NCBI GenBank assembly: GCA_964639785.1
Contig: CAZXEE010000002.1
Span: 143,273 to 207,272 of the forward strand
Source of the DNA: an uncultured Gammaproteobacteria bacterium
Lineage (GTDB): Bacteria > Patescibacteriota > Patescibacteriia > Patescibacteriales > UBA12465
Direction of reading: 5' to 3'
Length of the DNA stretch: 64,000 bases
Shown: positions 41,697 through 51,899 of the stretch, one piece after another
How the letters are laid out: each line of letters starts with the position of its first letter
How positions within the stretch are numbered: position 1 is the stretch's first letter
Program-made: the position numbers and the translations under genes
The notes under the pieces: model-generated
Database searches by the model: none
What the model was told of the DNA's origin: nothing
What the model saw: only the letters and a program-made list of their open reading frames with translations

Positions 41697-43781
41697 ATGC
41701 CCAGGGATTATTCATTAGATAAAATCAGAAATATCGGTATCATGGCCCACATCGATGCCGGTAAGACCACTTTTACTGAGCGTGTTTTATTCTATACCGG
41801 AAAAAAACATAAGATCGGTGAAGTGCATGAAGGTGCCGCTGAAATGGACTGGATGGAGCAGGAAAAAGAAAGAGGTATTACTATTACTTCAGCTGCCACC
41901 ACTTGTTTTTGGAGAGATAATAAGATCAATATCATCGATACTCCTGGACACGTTGACTTTACCGTTGAAGTGGAGCGCTCTTTACGCGTTTTAGACGGTG
42001 CTATTGCTGTGTTTGATGGTCAGGCGGGTGTTGAACCTCAGTCTGAAACCGTTTGGCGCCAGGCTGATAAATATCAGGTTCCACGCTTATGCTTCATCAA
42101 TAAGATGGATAAGATGGGAGCTGATTTCTATATGAGCTTGGAATCCATCCAGACCAGGCTTAACTCTAAGGCTTTTGCTATCCAATTGCCGATTGGCGCT
42201 GATAGCAGCTTTGCCGGTTTGATCGACTTGTTGGAAGAAAAGGCTTATAGATTCGAAGGTAACTTTGGCGAGAAGATCATCGAAATTCCAATTCCGGAAG
42301 ACATGAAGGCTGATGTTGAAAAATATCGCTCTTTAGCAGTTGAAAGAATTGCAGAATTCAATGATGCTTTGACTGAAAAATATTTGAACGGTGAAGAGAT
42401 TACCGTTGAAGAATTGAAAGTCGCTTTGAGAAAGGGTGTTATTGCAAATAGCGCTTATCCGGTTTTGTGCGGTACTGCTTTGCAGAATATCGGCGTTCAG
42501 ATGGCTTTAGATGCTGTTTGTGATTATTTGCCATCCCCATTAGATGTTCCAGAATTAGAAGCTACTGAAGTTCGTGATGAAACCAAGAAGGTTGTTGTCA
42601 AATCTAATGATGATGCTCCGTTTGTTGGTTTGGCCTTTAAGATCGCTACTGATCCGTTTATTGGAAAATTATGTTTTGTCCGCGTTTATCAGGGTATCTT
42701 GGCTTCTGGTTCATATATCGTCAATTCGACTACTGGAAATAAGGAAAGAGTCGGACGTATCGTTCGCATGCACGCTAATCACAGAGAAGAAGTTAAGGAA
42801 GTTTATGCCGGTGATATCGCCGCAGTTATCGGTTTGAAGGATACTACTACTGGAAATACCTTATGTGCTGAAGAATTGCCGGTCTTATTGGAATCTATTA
42901 AATTCCCGGAACCGGTTATCAAGATTGCGGTTGAACCTAAAACTAAGGTTGATCAGGAAAAGATGGGTGTCGCTTTAGCTCGCTTAGCTGAAGAAGATCC
43001 AACTTTCAGAGTGGAAACCGATGAAGAAACCAGCCAGACTTTGATTTCTGGTATGGGAGAACTTCATTTGGAAATCATCGTTGACCGTATGAAGAGGGAA
43101 TTCGGCGTTGAAGCTAACGTCGGCAAGCCTCAGGTATCATATCGTGAAACTATTAGAGAAAAAGCTGAAGCTCAGGGTAAATACGTTAAGCAGTCTGGTG
43201 GTCGCGGTCAATATGGTGATTGTTGGTTGCGGGTTGAGCCTTTCCAGGAAGAAGGCAAGTTATTTGAATTTGCTGATGAAGTTAAAGGCGGTGCTATCCC
43301 AAGAGAATATATTCCAGCTATTGAAAAGGGTGTCAAAGAAGCTTTAAATTCCGGTGTTTTAGCCGGTTATCCGATGGTTGATTTAAAAGTAACCGTTTTC
43401 GATGGTAGTTATCATGAGGTTGATTCTTCTGAATTAGCCTTTAAGATGGCTGCTATCTTCGGTTTCAAAGATGCTGTCCAGAAAGCTAAACCGGTGTTAT
43501 TAGAACCTATGATGAAAGTTGAGGTTACTACCCCGGAAGAATATATGGGTAACATTATCGGTGATTTGAACGCTAAGCGCGGTCAGATCGATGAAATGAC
43601 TGATCGTCCTAATGGTATCAAATTGGTTCGTGCTAAAGTGCCTTTGGCTGAAATGTTCGGCTATTCCACTTCATTACGCTCTATGAGTCAAGGCCGAGCT
43701 AATTACGCTATGGAATTCCTGAAATATGCTGAAGTTCCAAGAAATGTCTTAGAACAGATCAAGGAAAAAGCCGGCAAATAA
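41697..43781 (+). CDS. fusA: Elongation factor G
   Basis: 694 aa. [17 protein letters not shown] and NKMD GTPase motifs, with EF-G domains II-V. Confidence 0.95.
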   Translation: MPRDYSLDKIRNIGIMAHIDAGKTTFTERVLFYTGKKHKIGEVHEGAAEMDWMEQEKERGITITSAATTCFWRDNKINIIDTPGHVDFTVEVERSLRVLDGAIAVFDGQAGVEPQSETVWRQADKYQVPRLCFINKMDKMGADFYMSLESIQTRLNSKAFAIQLPIGADSSFAGLIDLLEEKAYRFEGNFGEKIIEIPIPEDMKADVEKYRSLAVERIAEFNDALTEKYLNGEEITVEELKVALRKGVIANSAYPVLCGTALQNIGVQMALDAVCDYLPSPLDVPELEATEVRDETKKVVVKSNDDAPFVGLAFKIATDPFIGKLCFVRVYQGILASGSYIVNSTTGNKERVGRIVRMHANHREEVKEVYAGDIAAVIGLKDTTTGNTLCAEELPVLLESIKFPEPVIKIAVEPKTKVDQEKMGVALARLAEEDPTFRVETDEETSQTLISGMGELHLEIIVDRMKREFGVEANVGKPQVSYRETIREKAEAQGKYVKQSGGRGQYGDCWLRVEPFQEEGKLFEFADEVKGGAIPREYIPAIEKGVKEALNSGVLAGYPMVDLKVTVFDGSYHEVDSSELAFKMAAIFGFKDAVQKAKPVLLEPMMKVEVTTPEEYMGNIIGDLNAKRGQIDEMTDRPNGIKLVRAKVPLAEMFGYSTSLRSMSQGRANYAMEFLKYAEVPRNVLEQIKEKAGK

Positions 43782-43826
43782 AGGGAATATCTAATTTAGT
43801 TCAGTGGCAATTAACTTTTTACCAAT

Positions 43827-44189
43827 ATGTCAAACAAATTGCAGAAAGTAATGAGATTAGCCAGAAAAACAGGGGATCGGATTGTCGTTTTTGACAATAG
43901 CGAACCGGACAATTCCTTTGTGGTTATGCCCTTAGAAGAATATGAAGATTTTTTGGGCTTATCTGACAAAAATGGGGAAAACTCTGGCTTGACAGAGGAG
44001 AAAATAACTGATACTATGAGCAATAGCGGTCAGAACAAAATGTTGCAGAATGACCACGATTTTCACAAGGAAAATATTTATTCCAGTGGTCAGATTTTAA
44101 AAAACCGCTATAAAGGCAATAATAACTGGAGCATCCCTAAATCCGTCAAGGAGGCGGCAGTTGATGTTGAGGATGAACCCCAGGAATAA
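43827..44189 (+). CDS. Hypothetical protein inserted between fusA and tuf (N-terminus faintly Phd/YefM-like, the rest disordered)
   Basis: 120 aa. RLARKTGDRIVVFDNSEPDNSFVVMPLEEYEDFLG resembles the beta-alpha N-terminus of Phd/YefM-type antitoxins. No partner toxin is adjacent. Confidence 0.4.
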   Translation: MSNKLQKVMRLARKTGDRIVVFDNSEPDNSFVVMPLEEYEDFLGLSDKNGENSGLTEEKITDTMSNSGQNKMLQNDHDFHKENIYSSGQILKNRYKGNNNWSIPKSVKEAAVDVEDEPQE

Positions 44190-44298
44190 GTCAATAAATT
44201 ATAGTTAATAATTTAATTAATAAAAAAAGAATTAATTAAACGACTGGTTGTCGTCAGACAAATAACCTCTCTTTCAGAGGGGGTCGTGAAGAAAAAAC

Positions 44299-45486
44299 AT
44301 GGCAGAAGTATTTCAACGAACCAAACCCCATGTCAACGTCGGTACTATCGGACACGTTGACCATGGAAAGACTACCTTAACCGCTGCGATCTTAGCTGTT
44401 GCTAATGCTCAGGGTATGAAGGCTAGCATTAAAGGCGTTAACGATATTGATAATGCCCCAGAAGAAAAAGCTCGTGGTATTACCATCGCTACCTCTCATC
44501 AGGAATATGAGACTGAGTCTAGACACTATGCTCACGTCGATTGTCCAGGTCATGCTGATTATGTTAAGAACATGATCACTGGTGCTGCTCAAATGGATGG
44601 TTCTATCTTGGTGGTAGCTGCAACTGACGGCCCTATGCCTCAGACCAGAGAACATATCTTGTTAGCTAAACAGGTCGGTGTTCCTTATATTATCGTTTTC
44701 TTGAACAAATGCGATATGGTTGAAGATAAGGAATTGATCGATTTAGTTGAAGAAGAAGTTCGTGATTTATTGAAAAAATACGAATTCCCAGGCGATACTA
44801 CTCCAATTATCCGTGGTTCAGCTTTAAAGGCTTTGGAAAACCCAACAGGCCCAGACGCTCAACCGGTAATGGATTTGTTGAAAGCTTTGGATGAATATAT
44901 TCCAGAACCAAAACGTGATGTTGACGAAGCATTCTTAATGCCAATCGAAGACATCTTCTCAATCGAAGGTCGCGGTACTGTTGTGACCGGTAGAATTGAA
45001 AAGGGCCAGATCAAGATTGGTGACGAAGTTGAAATCGTCGGTTTGATGGATACCAAAAAAACCACTGTTACTGGTGTTGAAATGTTCAACAAGCAGTTGA
45101 CAGAAGGTATGGCTGGCGATAATGCTGGTTTACTTTTACGTGGTACCAAGAAAGATGAAGTTGAGCGTGGTCAGGTTTTGGCTAAGCCGGGAACTATCAC
45201 TCCTCACACTGAATTTGAATCTGAGGTTTTCGTTTTGAGTAAAGACGAAGGTGGTCGCCACAAACCTTTCTTCAATGGTTACAAACCACAATTCTATATC
45301 CGCACTACCGATGTTACTGGTGATATTACATTACCAGCTGGTACTGAAATGGTTATGCCTGGAGATACCGTTAATTTGAACATCAAATTAATCGCTCCTG
45401 TTGCCTTACAAGAAAAGCAGAGATTTGCTATTCGCGAAGGTGGCCGTACTGTTGGTGCTGGTGTTGTTACTAAGATTATCAAGTAG
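44299..45486 (+). CDS. tuf: Elongation factor Tu
   Basis: 395 aa. [17 protein letters not shown] and NKCD. Confidence 0.97.
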   Translation: MAEVFQRTKPHVNVGTIGHVDHGKTTLTAAILAVANAQGMKASIKGVNDIDNAPEEKARGITIATSHQEYETESRHYAHVDCPGHADYVKNMITGAAQMDGSILVVAATDGPMPQTREHILLAKQVGVPYIIVFLNKCDMVEDKELIDLVEEEVRDLLKKYEFPGDTTPIIRGSALKALENPTGPDAQPVMDLLKALDEYIPEPKRDVDEAFLMPIEDIFSIEGRGTVVTGRIEKGQIKIGDEVEIVGLMDTKKTTVTGVEMFNKQLTEGMAGDNAGLLLRGTKKDEVERGQVLAKPGTITPHTEFESEVFVLSKDEGGRHKPFFNGYKPQFYIRTTDVTGDITLPAGTEMVMPGDTVNLNIKLIAPVALQEKQRFAIREGGRTVGAGVVTKIIK

Positions 45487-45494
45487 TCACTTAG

Positions 45495-45520
45495 GCTCGC
45501 TCTTAATTCTAAGAGCGAGC
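45495..45520 (+). terminator. Strong hairpin terminator after tuf
   Basis: GCTCGCTCTTA / TAAGAGCGAGC 11-bp perfect stem, ATTC loop, T-rich tail. Confidence 0.75.
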
Positions 45521-45581
45521 TTGTAGTGTTTATTTAATTATTATAAATAATAAACAAAAAGATAAAATAAAAACGTACATT

Positions 45582-45926
45582 ATGCCGGAGAAAAAAATCA
45601 AAAAAGAAGAATCTGATTCTAAGCAGAGAATCCGTATCAAGATCAAAGCTTTCGATCACAAGATCATTGATCAGTCTACCAAGACTATCATCGAGACCGC
45701 TCAGCGCACTGACGCTACTATTTTTGGTCCTATTCCACTTCCAACTGAGAAGCGCAAATACACCATTAATCGTTCCACTTTCGTGCATAAGAATGCTCGA
45801 GATCAGTATGAGATGCGTATCCACAAGCGCTTGATCGACATTGTTGATCCAACTGCTAAGACTATTGAAGACCTGACTAACCTAAGTTTGCCAGCAGGGG
45901 TTGACGTAGAGATAAAAATGCAGTAA
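45582..45926 (+). CDS. rpsJ: 30S ribosomal protein S10
   Basis: [29 protein letters not shown]...RLIDIV. Confidence 0.95.
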   Translation: MPEKKIKKEESDSKQRIRIKIKAFDHKIIDQSTKTIIETAQRTDATIFGPIPLPTEKRKYTINRSTFVHKNARDQYEMRIHKRLIDIVDPTAKTIEDLTNLSLPAGVDVEIKMQ

Positions 45927-46091
45927 AATTGTTTTGTATATTACACATCTATTTCGTAGCCGAAGTTTGAGTAACTCTAGTTGTTAGAAAGTGCCCAAAA
46001 TCAAAGCCTCGAAATCAGGAGAAAAACCACCAAGCAAAAAATTAAACAATAATTTTTGAAGTCCGTTAATTATTATTAATTATGGCTTTGG

Positions 46092-46122
46092 CTGGTTTAA
46101 ATTATTTGAGACCAGTTTTTTT
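46092..46122 (+). terminator. Terminator/attenuator-like hairpin plus T7 directly upstream of rplC
   Basis: CTGGTTTAAA / TTTGAGACCAG: 9 of 10 positions paired (one of them a G-U), 1 mismatch, TTAT loop, then TTTTTTT. rplC ATG is at 46134. Confidence 0.5.
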
Positions 46123-46133
46123 ATTTTAAACGT

Positions 46134-46928
46134 ATGAAATTCATTTTAGGAAAAAAGTTAAATATGACCCAGATTTGGGAAGGCGACAAAGTCGTGCCAG
46201 TTACTCCAGTAGCAGCCGGTCCTTGTTTCGTGACTCAAGTCAAGGATGAGAAGAAGGATGGTTATTTTGCTCTTCAGGTTGGTTTTGATACCAAGAAAGA
46301 GAAGAACATAAAGAAACCACAAAGAAATCATTTGGCCAAATCCGGTCATAATAATTTGAGATATGTTAAGGAGCTTCGCTTAACCAGCCCGATTGAAGCT
46401 AAGATTGGTGATATCATTACCACTGAAACTTTCGCTAAGGGTGATTTGGTTGATGTTACCGGTACTTCCAAGGGTAAAGGTTTTCAGGGTGTCATGAAGC
46501 GTCATGGTTTTCATGGTCATAGCATTACCCATGGTAATAAAGATCAACAGAGACATTCTGGTTCTGTCGGTCCAAAGGGTCCAGCTCACGTTTTTAAAGG
46601 AACTCGGATGGGCGGTCAGACTGGCAACGAACAGGTTACTACTTCTAATTTGGAAATAGTTGATATTGATGCCGTTAATAATATTATCTTCGTCAAAGGC
46701 TCAGTCCCAGGTTCTGTTAACTCTTTGGTAATCATCAAAGGTAAGGGGGATTTGAAATTTAGCGTTTCAGCTGCTCCAGTAGTTGAAGAAGCTAAGGAAG
46801 AAGAGACTAAGATTGAAGCCGAAGAAACTCCAGTGGTTGAAGCAGAAACTCCAGTTGAGGAAGTTAAGGAAGAAGAAACTGCTCCAGTTGAAGCCGAGGA
46901 AGAGAAGAAGGCAGAAGATAAAGAATAG
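46134..46928 (+). CDS. rplC: 50S ribosomal protein L3 with an acidic C-terminal extension
   Basis: Canonical L3 core (GKGFQGVMKRHGF..., GQTGNEQVT) plus about 55 aa of E/K/P/V-rich tail. Confidence 0.95.
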   Translation: MKFILGKKLNMTQIWEGDKVVPVTPVAAGPCFVTQVKDEKKDGYFALQVGFDTKKEKNIKKPQRNHLAKSGHNNLRYVKELRLTSPIEAKIGDIITTETFAKGDLVDVTGTSKGKGFQGVMKRHGFHGHSITHGNKDQQRHSGSVGPKGPAHVFKGTRMGGQTGNEQVTTSNLEIVDIDAVNNIIFVKGSVPGSVNSLVIIKGKGDLKFSVSAAPVVEEAKEEETKIEAEETPVVEAETPVEEVKEEETAPVEAEEEKKAEDKE

Positions 46929-46959
46929 TTTATTTATTAATTATTAATTCGTATATAGT

Positions 46960-47607
46960 ATGTCAGTGAAAATCAACGTATACAACCAAAAAGCTGAAAA
47001 TGTCGGCACACTGGATCTGAGCGAAAAAGTCTTCAAGGTGGCTTTAAACAATGATTTATTGCACCAAGCAGTGACTGCTCAGATGGCTAATGAGCGCCAA
47101 GTTTTAGCTCATACTAAGACCAAGGCCGAAGTTTCTGGAGGCGGTAAGAAGCCTTGGAAACAGAAAGGTACTGGTCGCGCTCGTGTCGGTTCTAGCCGTT
47201 CACCTATCTGGCGTGGCGGTGGTATCATTTTTGGTCCTAGAAATGAACGTAATTTCAAGAAGCAATTACCTCAGAAGATGAAGCAGAAAGCAATGATGAT
47301 GGCTTTGTCAGATAAGGTTGAAAACAACTCCTTAGTCGTTTTAGAAAAATTAGAGATGCCAGAGTTCAAGACCAAGACTTTCAATGAGATGTTGACCAAC
47401 TTGGAAAAGAAGGTTCTGAACAATGATCGCCGTAACGTTTTAGTGATCAATGACCAGAAGGATGAAAAGGTCAAATATTCCGGCCGCAACTTAAAAGGCG
47501 TCGAATTGATCAATTTAGAGAATCTTAATATCGTTGACGTCTTGAAATATAAGAATCTGATCTTGACTAGCGAAGCAGTAAAAAAATTAGAAGAAAGATA
47601 TAAATAA
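46960..47607 (+). CDS. rplD: 50S ribosomal protein L4
   Basis: GGGKKPWKQKGTGRARVGSSRSPIWRGGG. Confidence 0.95.
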   Translation: MSVKINVYNQKAENVGTLDLSEKVFKVALNNDLLHQAVTAQMANERQVLAHTKTKAEVSGGGKKPWKQKGTGRARVGSSRSPIWRGGGIIFGPRNERNFKKQLPQKMKQKAMMMALSDKVENNSLVVLEKLEMPEFKTKTFNEMLTNLEKKVLNNDRRNVLVINDQKDEKVKYSGRNLKGVELINLENLNIVDVLKYKNLILTSEAVKKLEERYK

Positions 47608-47612
47608 ATCAT

Positions 47613-48068
47613 ATGGCAATATTTAACAAGAAAACTAGTGACGATTCACAGGCTCAGCCAGTGAAGAAAGAGGCTAAGGCTAAAGTCGCCGCAGATAAGA
47701 AGGTTGAAGCGCCGACTATGAAAGATTTGTATGCTGCTGAAGCTAAGAAAGAGAAGGTAGCTGCTAAAGGCAAGAAGATCGCCGGTTCAGCTTATCGCAT
47801 CTTAGTCAAACCGCTTATTACTGAAAAGGCTACTAATTTAGTTGGTCAGAATAAATATGCTTTCGTAGTTGATATCAATGCTAATAAGATTGAGGTTGCT
47901 AAGGCCATTGAAGAAGTTTATGGCGTTAAACCGAGCAATGTTAATGTTATCAAGATGAAAGGTAAGCAGGTTTCTCGCGGCCGTATCGTTGGTCGCCGTA
48001 AAGATTTTAAAAAGGCCATTGTTACCCTGAAGAAAGGGGAAGCAATTAAGGTTTACGAAGGAGTCTAA
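47613..48068 (+). CDS. rplW: 50S ribosomal protein L23 with a Lys/Ala-rich N-terminal extension
   Basis: The L23 core starts near YRILVKPLITEKATNL. About 55 aa of K/A/E-rich sequence precede it. Confidence 0.9.
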   Translation: MAIFNKKTSDDSQAQPVKKEAKAKVAADKKVEAPTMKDLYAAEAKKEKVAAKGKKIAGSAYRILVKPLITEKATNLVGQNKYAFVVDINANKIEVAKAIEEVYGVKPSNVNVIKMKGKQVSRGRIVGRRKDFKKAIVTLKKGEAIKVYEGV

Positions 48069-48082
48069 TTAATTTTAAAACT

Positions 48083-48919
48083 ATGGGAATCAAAAAAGTA
48101 AAACCGATTACTCCAGGCAGACGCGAAGCGACTTTTGATGACTTTTCTGATATTACTAAGTCAGTGCCAGAGAAAGGTTTGATAAAATTTAGAAAACAGA
48201 ATAGCGGCCGCAATGCTCAGGGTAAGATTACTGTTCGTCATCGTGGCGGCGGTGCTAAGAGACATATCCGTATCGTTGATTTTAAACGTGAAAAATACGG
48301 TGTTCCAGCTGTCGTTAAGGCTATTGAATATGATCCAGGACGCGGGGCTCGTATTGCTTTATTATATTACGTTGACGGTGAAAAACGATATATCGTAGCT
48401 CCGGTTGGTATCAAGGTTGGAGATCAGATTGTCAGCTCCAAGGAATTGATTGAAATCAAGGCTGGTAATGCTATGCCTATCAAATTCGTTCCGGCTGGCG
48501 TTGCTGTTAGCTGTATTGAATTGATGCCAGGAGAAGGAGCTAAGATTGCTCGTGGCGCTGGTAATGTCGCTTTTGTGATGGGTGTCGAAGGTAAATATGC
48601 TCAGATCAAAATGCCATCAGGTGAAATCCGCTTGATTAAGAAAGACAGTTTATGCACCATCGGCCAAGTCAGCAATCCGGATAAGATGCATGTTATTATC
48701 GGCAGTGCTGGTCGCAACCGCCATTTAGGTTGGAGACCTACTGTTCGTGGTACTGCTATGAATCCTAATGCTCATCCACATGGTGGTGGTGAAGGTAACC
48801 AGTCTATTGGTTTGAAATCTCCTAAGACTAAGTGGGGCAAACCGGCTTTCGGTGTTCGAACTAGAAGAAAGAGTAGTTCTAGCCGTTTGATCATTAAACG
48901 TCGCGGTAAAAAGAAATAA
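48083..48919 (+). CDS. rplB: 50S ribosomal protein L2
   Basis: RHRGGGAKR...GTAMNPNAHPHGGGEG. Confidence 0.97.
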   Translation: MGIKKVKPITPGRREATFDDFSDITKSVPEKGLIKFRKQNSGRNAQGKITVRHRGGGAKRHIRIVDFKREKYGVPAVVKAIEYDPGRGARIALLYYVDGEKRYIVAPVGIKVGDQIVSSKELIEIKAGNAMPIKFVPAGVAVSCIELMPGEGAKIARGAGNVAFVMGVEGKYAQIKMPSGEIRLIKKDSLCTIGQVSNPDKMHVIIGSAGRNRHLGWRPTVRGTAMNPNAHPHGGGEGNQSIGLKSPKTKWGKPAFGVRTRRKSSSSRLIIKRRGKKK

Positions 48920-48938
48920 TCTAAATATATAAAAATAT

Positions 48939-49223
48939 ATGGCAAGAAGTCTAAAAAAAGGACCATACATCAATGAACGGCTCCTAAAAAAGATCCAAGC
49001 TTTGAAACCGGGTGAAAAATCCGATATCAAGACTTGGGACCGCGCTTCAGTAATTACTCCAGAAATGGTTGGTTTTACTATCGGCGTTCACAATGGCAAA
49101 CAGCACACTCCAGTTTATGTTGTTGAAAACATGATTGGCCATCGTTTGGGAGAATTTGCTCCGACTAAGAAATTCTTGGGACATGGTGGAAAGATGGCTA
49201 AAGATCAGGCTGCTAAAAAATAA
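48939..49223 (+). CDS. rpsS: 30S ribosomal protein S19
   Basis: [10 protein letters not shown]...[17 protein letters not shown]. Confidence 0.95.
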   Translation: MARSLKKGPYINERLLKKIQALKPGEKSDIKTWDRASVITPEMVGFTIGVHNGKQHTPVYVVENMIGHRLGEFAPTKKFLGHGGKMAKDQAAKK

Positions 49224-49244
49224 ATTTTTTATTAATTCAATCAT

Positions 49245-49826
49245 ATGGAAATTAAGGCCAGTTTAAATCAATTGCGCATGTCTCCCAGAAAAGCTCGTCT
49301 GGTGGCTGATGTCGTGCGAAAAATGAAGACCGATAAAGCTTTGGACCAATTACGCTTTGGCGACAAGAAAGCAGCTTTGCCAATATTAAAATTGGTAGAG
49401 TCAGCTGTAGCCAATGCTGTTAATAACTATGATTTAGATAAGGATAACTTATATATCAAATCTATCATGGTCAACGAAGGAGCAACTTTGAAGCGTTGGA
49501 CCCCAAAGGCCCATGGTCGCGCTACTACCGTTAGAAAACGTTCTTGCCATATCCATTTAACTTTGGATGAAATCAAGGAAAGCGGCAAGAAGACTGCCAA
49601 GAATGTTAAGGCTGAGGCTCCGATCAAGTTAGAGGATCTGGTTAAGGCTAGCGATGAACAGACCCCGAAAAAGGTTAAGGTCGCTAAGAAGATTACTAAA
49701 GATAGCGAGGATGTTACTTCTGAAATTATCGATCCTAGAATGGAAGGCCGACATGGCCACGCCAAGATCGAGGGCGGTAGCTCTAAGGGTTTTGCTGGCA
49801 AGATCTTTAGACGCAAAAGCGGTTAA
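49245..49826 (+). CDS. rplV: 50S ribosomal protein L22 with a C-terminal extension of about 80 aa
   Basis: The L22 core (RMSPRKARLVADVVR...KRWTPKAHGRATTVRKRSCHIHL) is followed by a K/E-rich tail. Total length 193 aa. Confidence 0.9.
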   Translation: MEIKASLNQLRMSPRKARLVADVVRKMKTDKALDQLRFGDKKAALPILKLVESAVANAVNNYDLDKDNLYIKSIMVNEGATLKRWTPKAHGRATTVRKRSCHIHLTLDEIKESGKKTAKNVKAEAPIKLEDLVKASDEQTPKKVKVAKKITKDSEDVTSEIIDPRMEGRHGHAKIEGGSSKGFAGKIFRRKSG

Positions 49827-49852
49827 TATTTTAAATTGTAATATTTTATAAT

Positions 49853-50524
49853 ATGGGCAAAAAAATAAATCCAAAAGTTTTACGCATCGGCGTTATCAAG
49901 AGCTGGCCTTCAATCTGGTTCAGTCGAGGTGATAAATACATCCAGAATGTCAAGCAAGATGTTTTGATCAGAAAATTTTTGATCAAGACTCAGAAAGAAG
50001 CTGGCATTGATAAGGTGGAAATCGCTCGCGATGCTAAAAAGATCAATATCGATGTTTATACCGGCAAGCCAGGTGTCTTGATCGGACGTGGCGGTAATGG
50101 TATTGAAGAATTGAAAAAATCTTTACATCGTAAATTCTTGAGCAATCCGGCTGGAATCCGTTTGTCTGATATCAATTTGAATATCAAGGAGGTTGCACAG
50201 CCTAATTTAAGCGCTCAGATTGTCGTTCAACAGATGATTTTAGATATTGAAAAGCGTATGCCTTTCAGAAAGGTGATGAAGCAGACTATTGGTAAGATCG
50301 AAAGAGCTGGAGCTTTAGGTGTTAAAGTGGCTATCGGCGGCCGTTTGAACGGTGCTGAAATCGCTCGAACTGAGAAATTGGTTTCTGGCAAAGTTCCGCT
50401 AAACACTTTGCGAGCCGATATCGATTATGCTCGTGGTACCGCTCACACTGCTTATGGCTGTATCGGTATCAAGGTTTGGATCTATCGTGGAGAAATTTTT
50501 GATAAAAAAGATATTAAGAAATAA
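49853..50524 (+). CDS. rpsC: 30S ribosomal protein S3
   Basis: MGKKINPKVLRIG..., the KH domain and GRLNGAEIARTE. Confidence 0.95.
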   Translation: MGKKINPKVLRIGVIKSWPSIWFSRGDKYIQNVKQDVLIRKFLIKTQKEAGIDKVEIARDAKKINIDVYTGKPGVLIGRGGNGIEELKKSLHRKFLSNPAGIRLSDINLNIKEVAQPNLSAQIVVQQMILDIEKRMPFRKVMKQTIGKIERAGALGVKVAIGGRLNGAEIARTEKLVSGKVPLNTLRADIDYARGTAHTAYGCIGIKVWIYRGEIFDKKDIKK

Positions 50525-50536
50525 GAAGCAAAATAT

Positions 50537-50941
50537 ATGTTGATGCCCAAGAAAAGCAAATATAGAAAGAGTCACAAAGGGCGCCGCGGCGGCAAAGCCA
50601 CCGCTAAGCTCAGCGTCAGTTTCGGTAGCTTCGGTCTAAAGAGCTTAGGTGCTCATTGGATCACAGCTCGCCAGATTGAAGCTGCTCGTCGCGCTTTGAC
50701 TAAATATACTAAAAAGACCGGTAAGGTTTGGATTCGTATTTTCCCGGATAAGCCAGTAACTAAAAAAGGTGGCGAAATCCCAATGGGTAAAGGTAAGGGT
50801 TCTGTCGACCATTACGTTTGTGTCATCAAACCGGGTACCGTGATGTTTGAAATGGATGGCGTTAGCGAAGAAATCGCTAAACAGGCTATGAGTTCTGCTG
50901 CTTATAAATTGCCGATTAAATGTCAGTTTGTTAAGAAATAA
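50537..50941 (+). CDS. rplP: 50S ribosomal protein L16
   Basis: [16 protein letters not shown] aligns with the E. coli MLQPKRTKFRKMHKGR. Confidence 0.95.
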   Translation: MLMPKKSKYRKSHKGRRGGKATAKLSVSFGSFGLKSLGAHWITARQIEAARRALTKYTKKTGKVWIRIFPDKPVTKKGGEIPMGKGKGSVDHYVCVIKPGTVMFEMDGVSEEIAKQAMSSAAYKLPIKCQFVKK

Positions 50942-50952
50942 TTATTATTCAT

Positions 50953-51183
50953 ATGGATTTTAAAGAATTAAAAAGCAAAACCGAACACGAATTACATACC
51001 ACTTTGGCTGAATCACGGGAAAAATTACGTGAATTACGTTTCAAGGACTCTAACCGTCAATTGAAGAATGTCCGTGAAATCCGTTCCGTAAAACAGGCTA
51101 TTGCCCGGGTTTTGACTTTATTGCACAAAAAGAAGAGCGAGCCAGCTATCGTGCCGGCTGAAACTAAAGATTTAAATAAGTAA
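50953..51183 (+). CDS. rpmC: 50S ribosomal protein L29
   Basis: 76 aa. LRELRFK...QLKNVREIRSVKQAIARV, in the canonical position. Confidence 0.9.
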   Translation: MDFKELKSKTEHELHTTLAESREKLRELRFKDSNRQLKNVREIRSVKQAIARVLTLLHKKKSEPAIVPAETKDLNK

Positions 51184-51203
51184 TTTTATTTTATATTAAT
51201 CAT

Positions 51204-51473
51204 ATGGCCGAGAAAAAAACTGCCCCAGCGACTGCTATCAAGAAATTAATCCGCAAGAGATTCAGCGGAGTAGTAATTTCTGATAAGAGCGATAAGACTA
51301 TCGTTGTCAAAGTGGATCGCGTTAAAGTCCATCCTAAATATCTGAAAAGATATAAGGTTAGCCGCAAATACAAAGTTCATGATGAAAACAACGAATACCA
51401 TGTGGGTGACAAGGTGACTTTCGTGGAGTGCCGGCCGTTAAGCCGAGACAAGCGTTGGCGCGTGGCAAAATAG
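51204..51473 (+). CDS. rpsQ: 30S ribosomal protein S17
   Basis: GVVISDKSDKTIVVKVDR...YKVHDENNEYHVGDKVTFVECRPLS. Confidence 0.95.
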   Translation: MAEKKTAPATAIKKLIRKRFSGVVISDKSDKTIVVKVDRVKVHPKYLKRYKVSRKYKVHDENNEYHVGDKVTFVECRPLSRDKRWRVAK

Positions 51474-51502
51474 CCTATTAGCTTTATAAATTACCAAATT
51501 AT

Positions 51503-51874
51503 ATGATTCAAGTTCAATCCATATTAAAAGTAGCCGATAATTCCGGTGCCAAATCAATCATGTGCATCAGAGTCTTAGGCGGATATCGGAAGCGTTACGC
51601 TCGTATCGGTGACGTCATTGTCGGCGCTGTTAAATCAGCTACCCCTCACAGTGCTGTTAAGAAAGGTGATGTGATTTATGCCGTTATCGTCCGCACTAAG
51701 AAGGAAATTCGCCGCCCAGACGGTTCTTATCTGCGTTTTGATGACAATGCTTGCGTAGTTATCGATAAGGAAAAGAAAGATCCTAAGGGAAGCAGAATCT
51801 TCGGCCCAGTAGCTCGTGAATTACGTGCCGGCGGTTATATGAAGATTATTTCCTTAGCTCCTGAGGTTTTGTAA
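51503..51874 (+). CDS. rplN: 50S ribosomal protein L14
   Basis: [17 protein letters not shown]... Confidence 0.97.
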   Translation: MIQVQSILKVADNSGAKSIMCIRVLGGYRKRYARIGDVIVGAVKSATPHSAVKKGDVIYAVIVRTKKEIRRPDGSYLRFDDNACVVIDKEKKDPKGSRIFGPVARELRAGGYMKIISLAPEVL

Positions 51875-51899
51875 TTAAACCAGATTAATTATCAAATTT

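Noticed and set aside
45991-46059. 22-codon Lys-rich ORF (GTG start) in the rpsJ-rplC spacer as a missed small protein
   Set aside because: It has a non-ATG start, no resemblance to a known small r-protein and no supporting signals. It is kept only as a remark inside the spacer finding.
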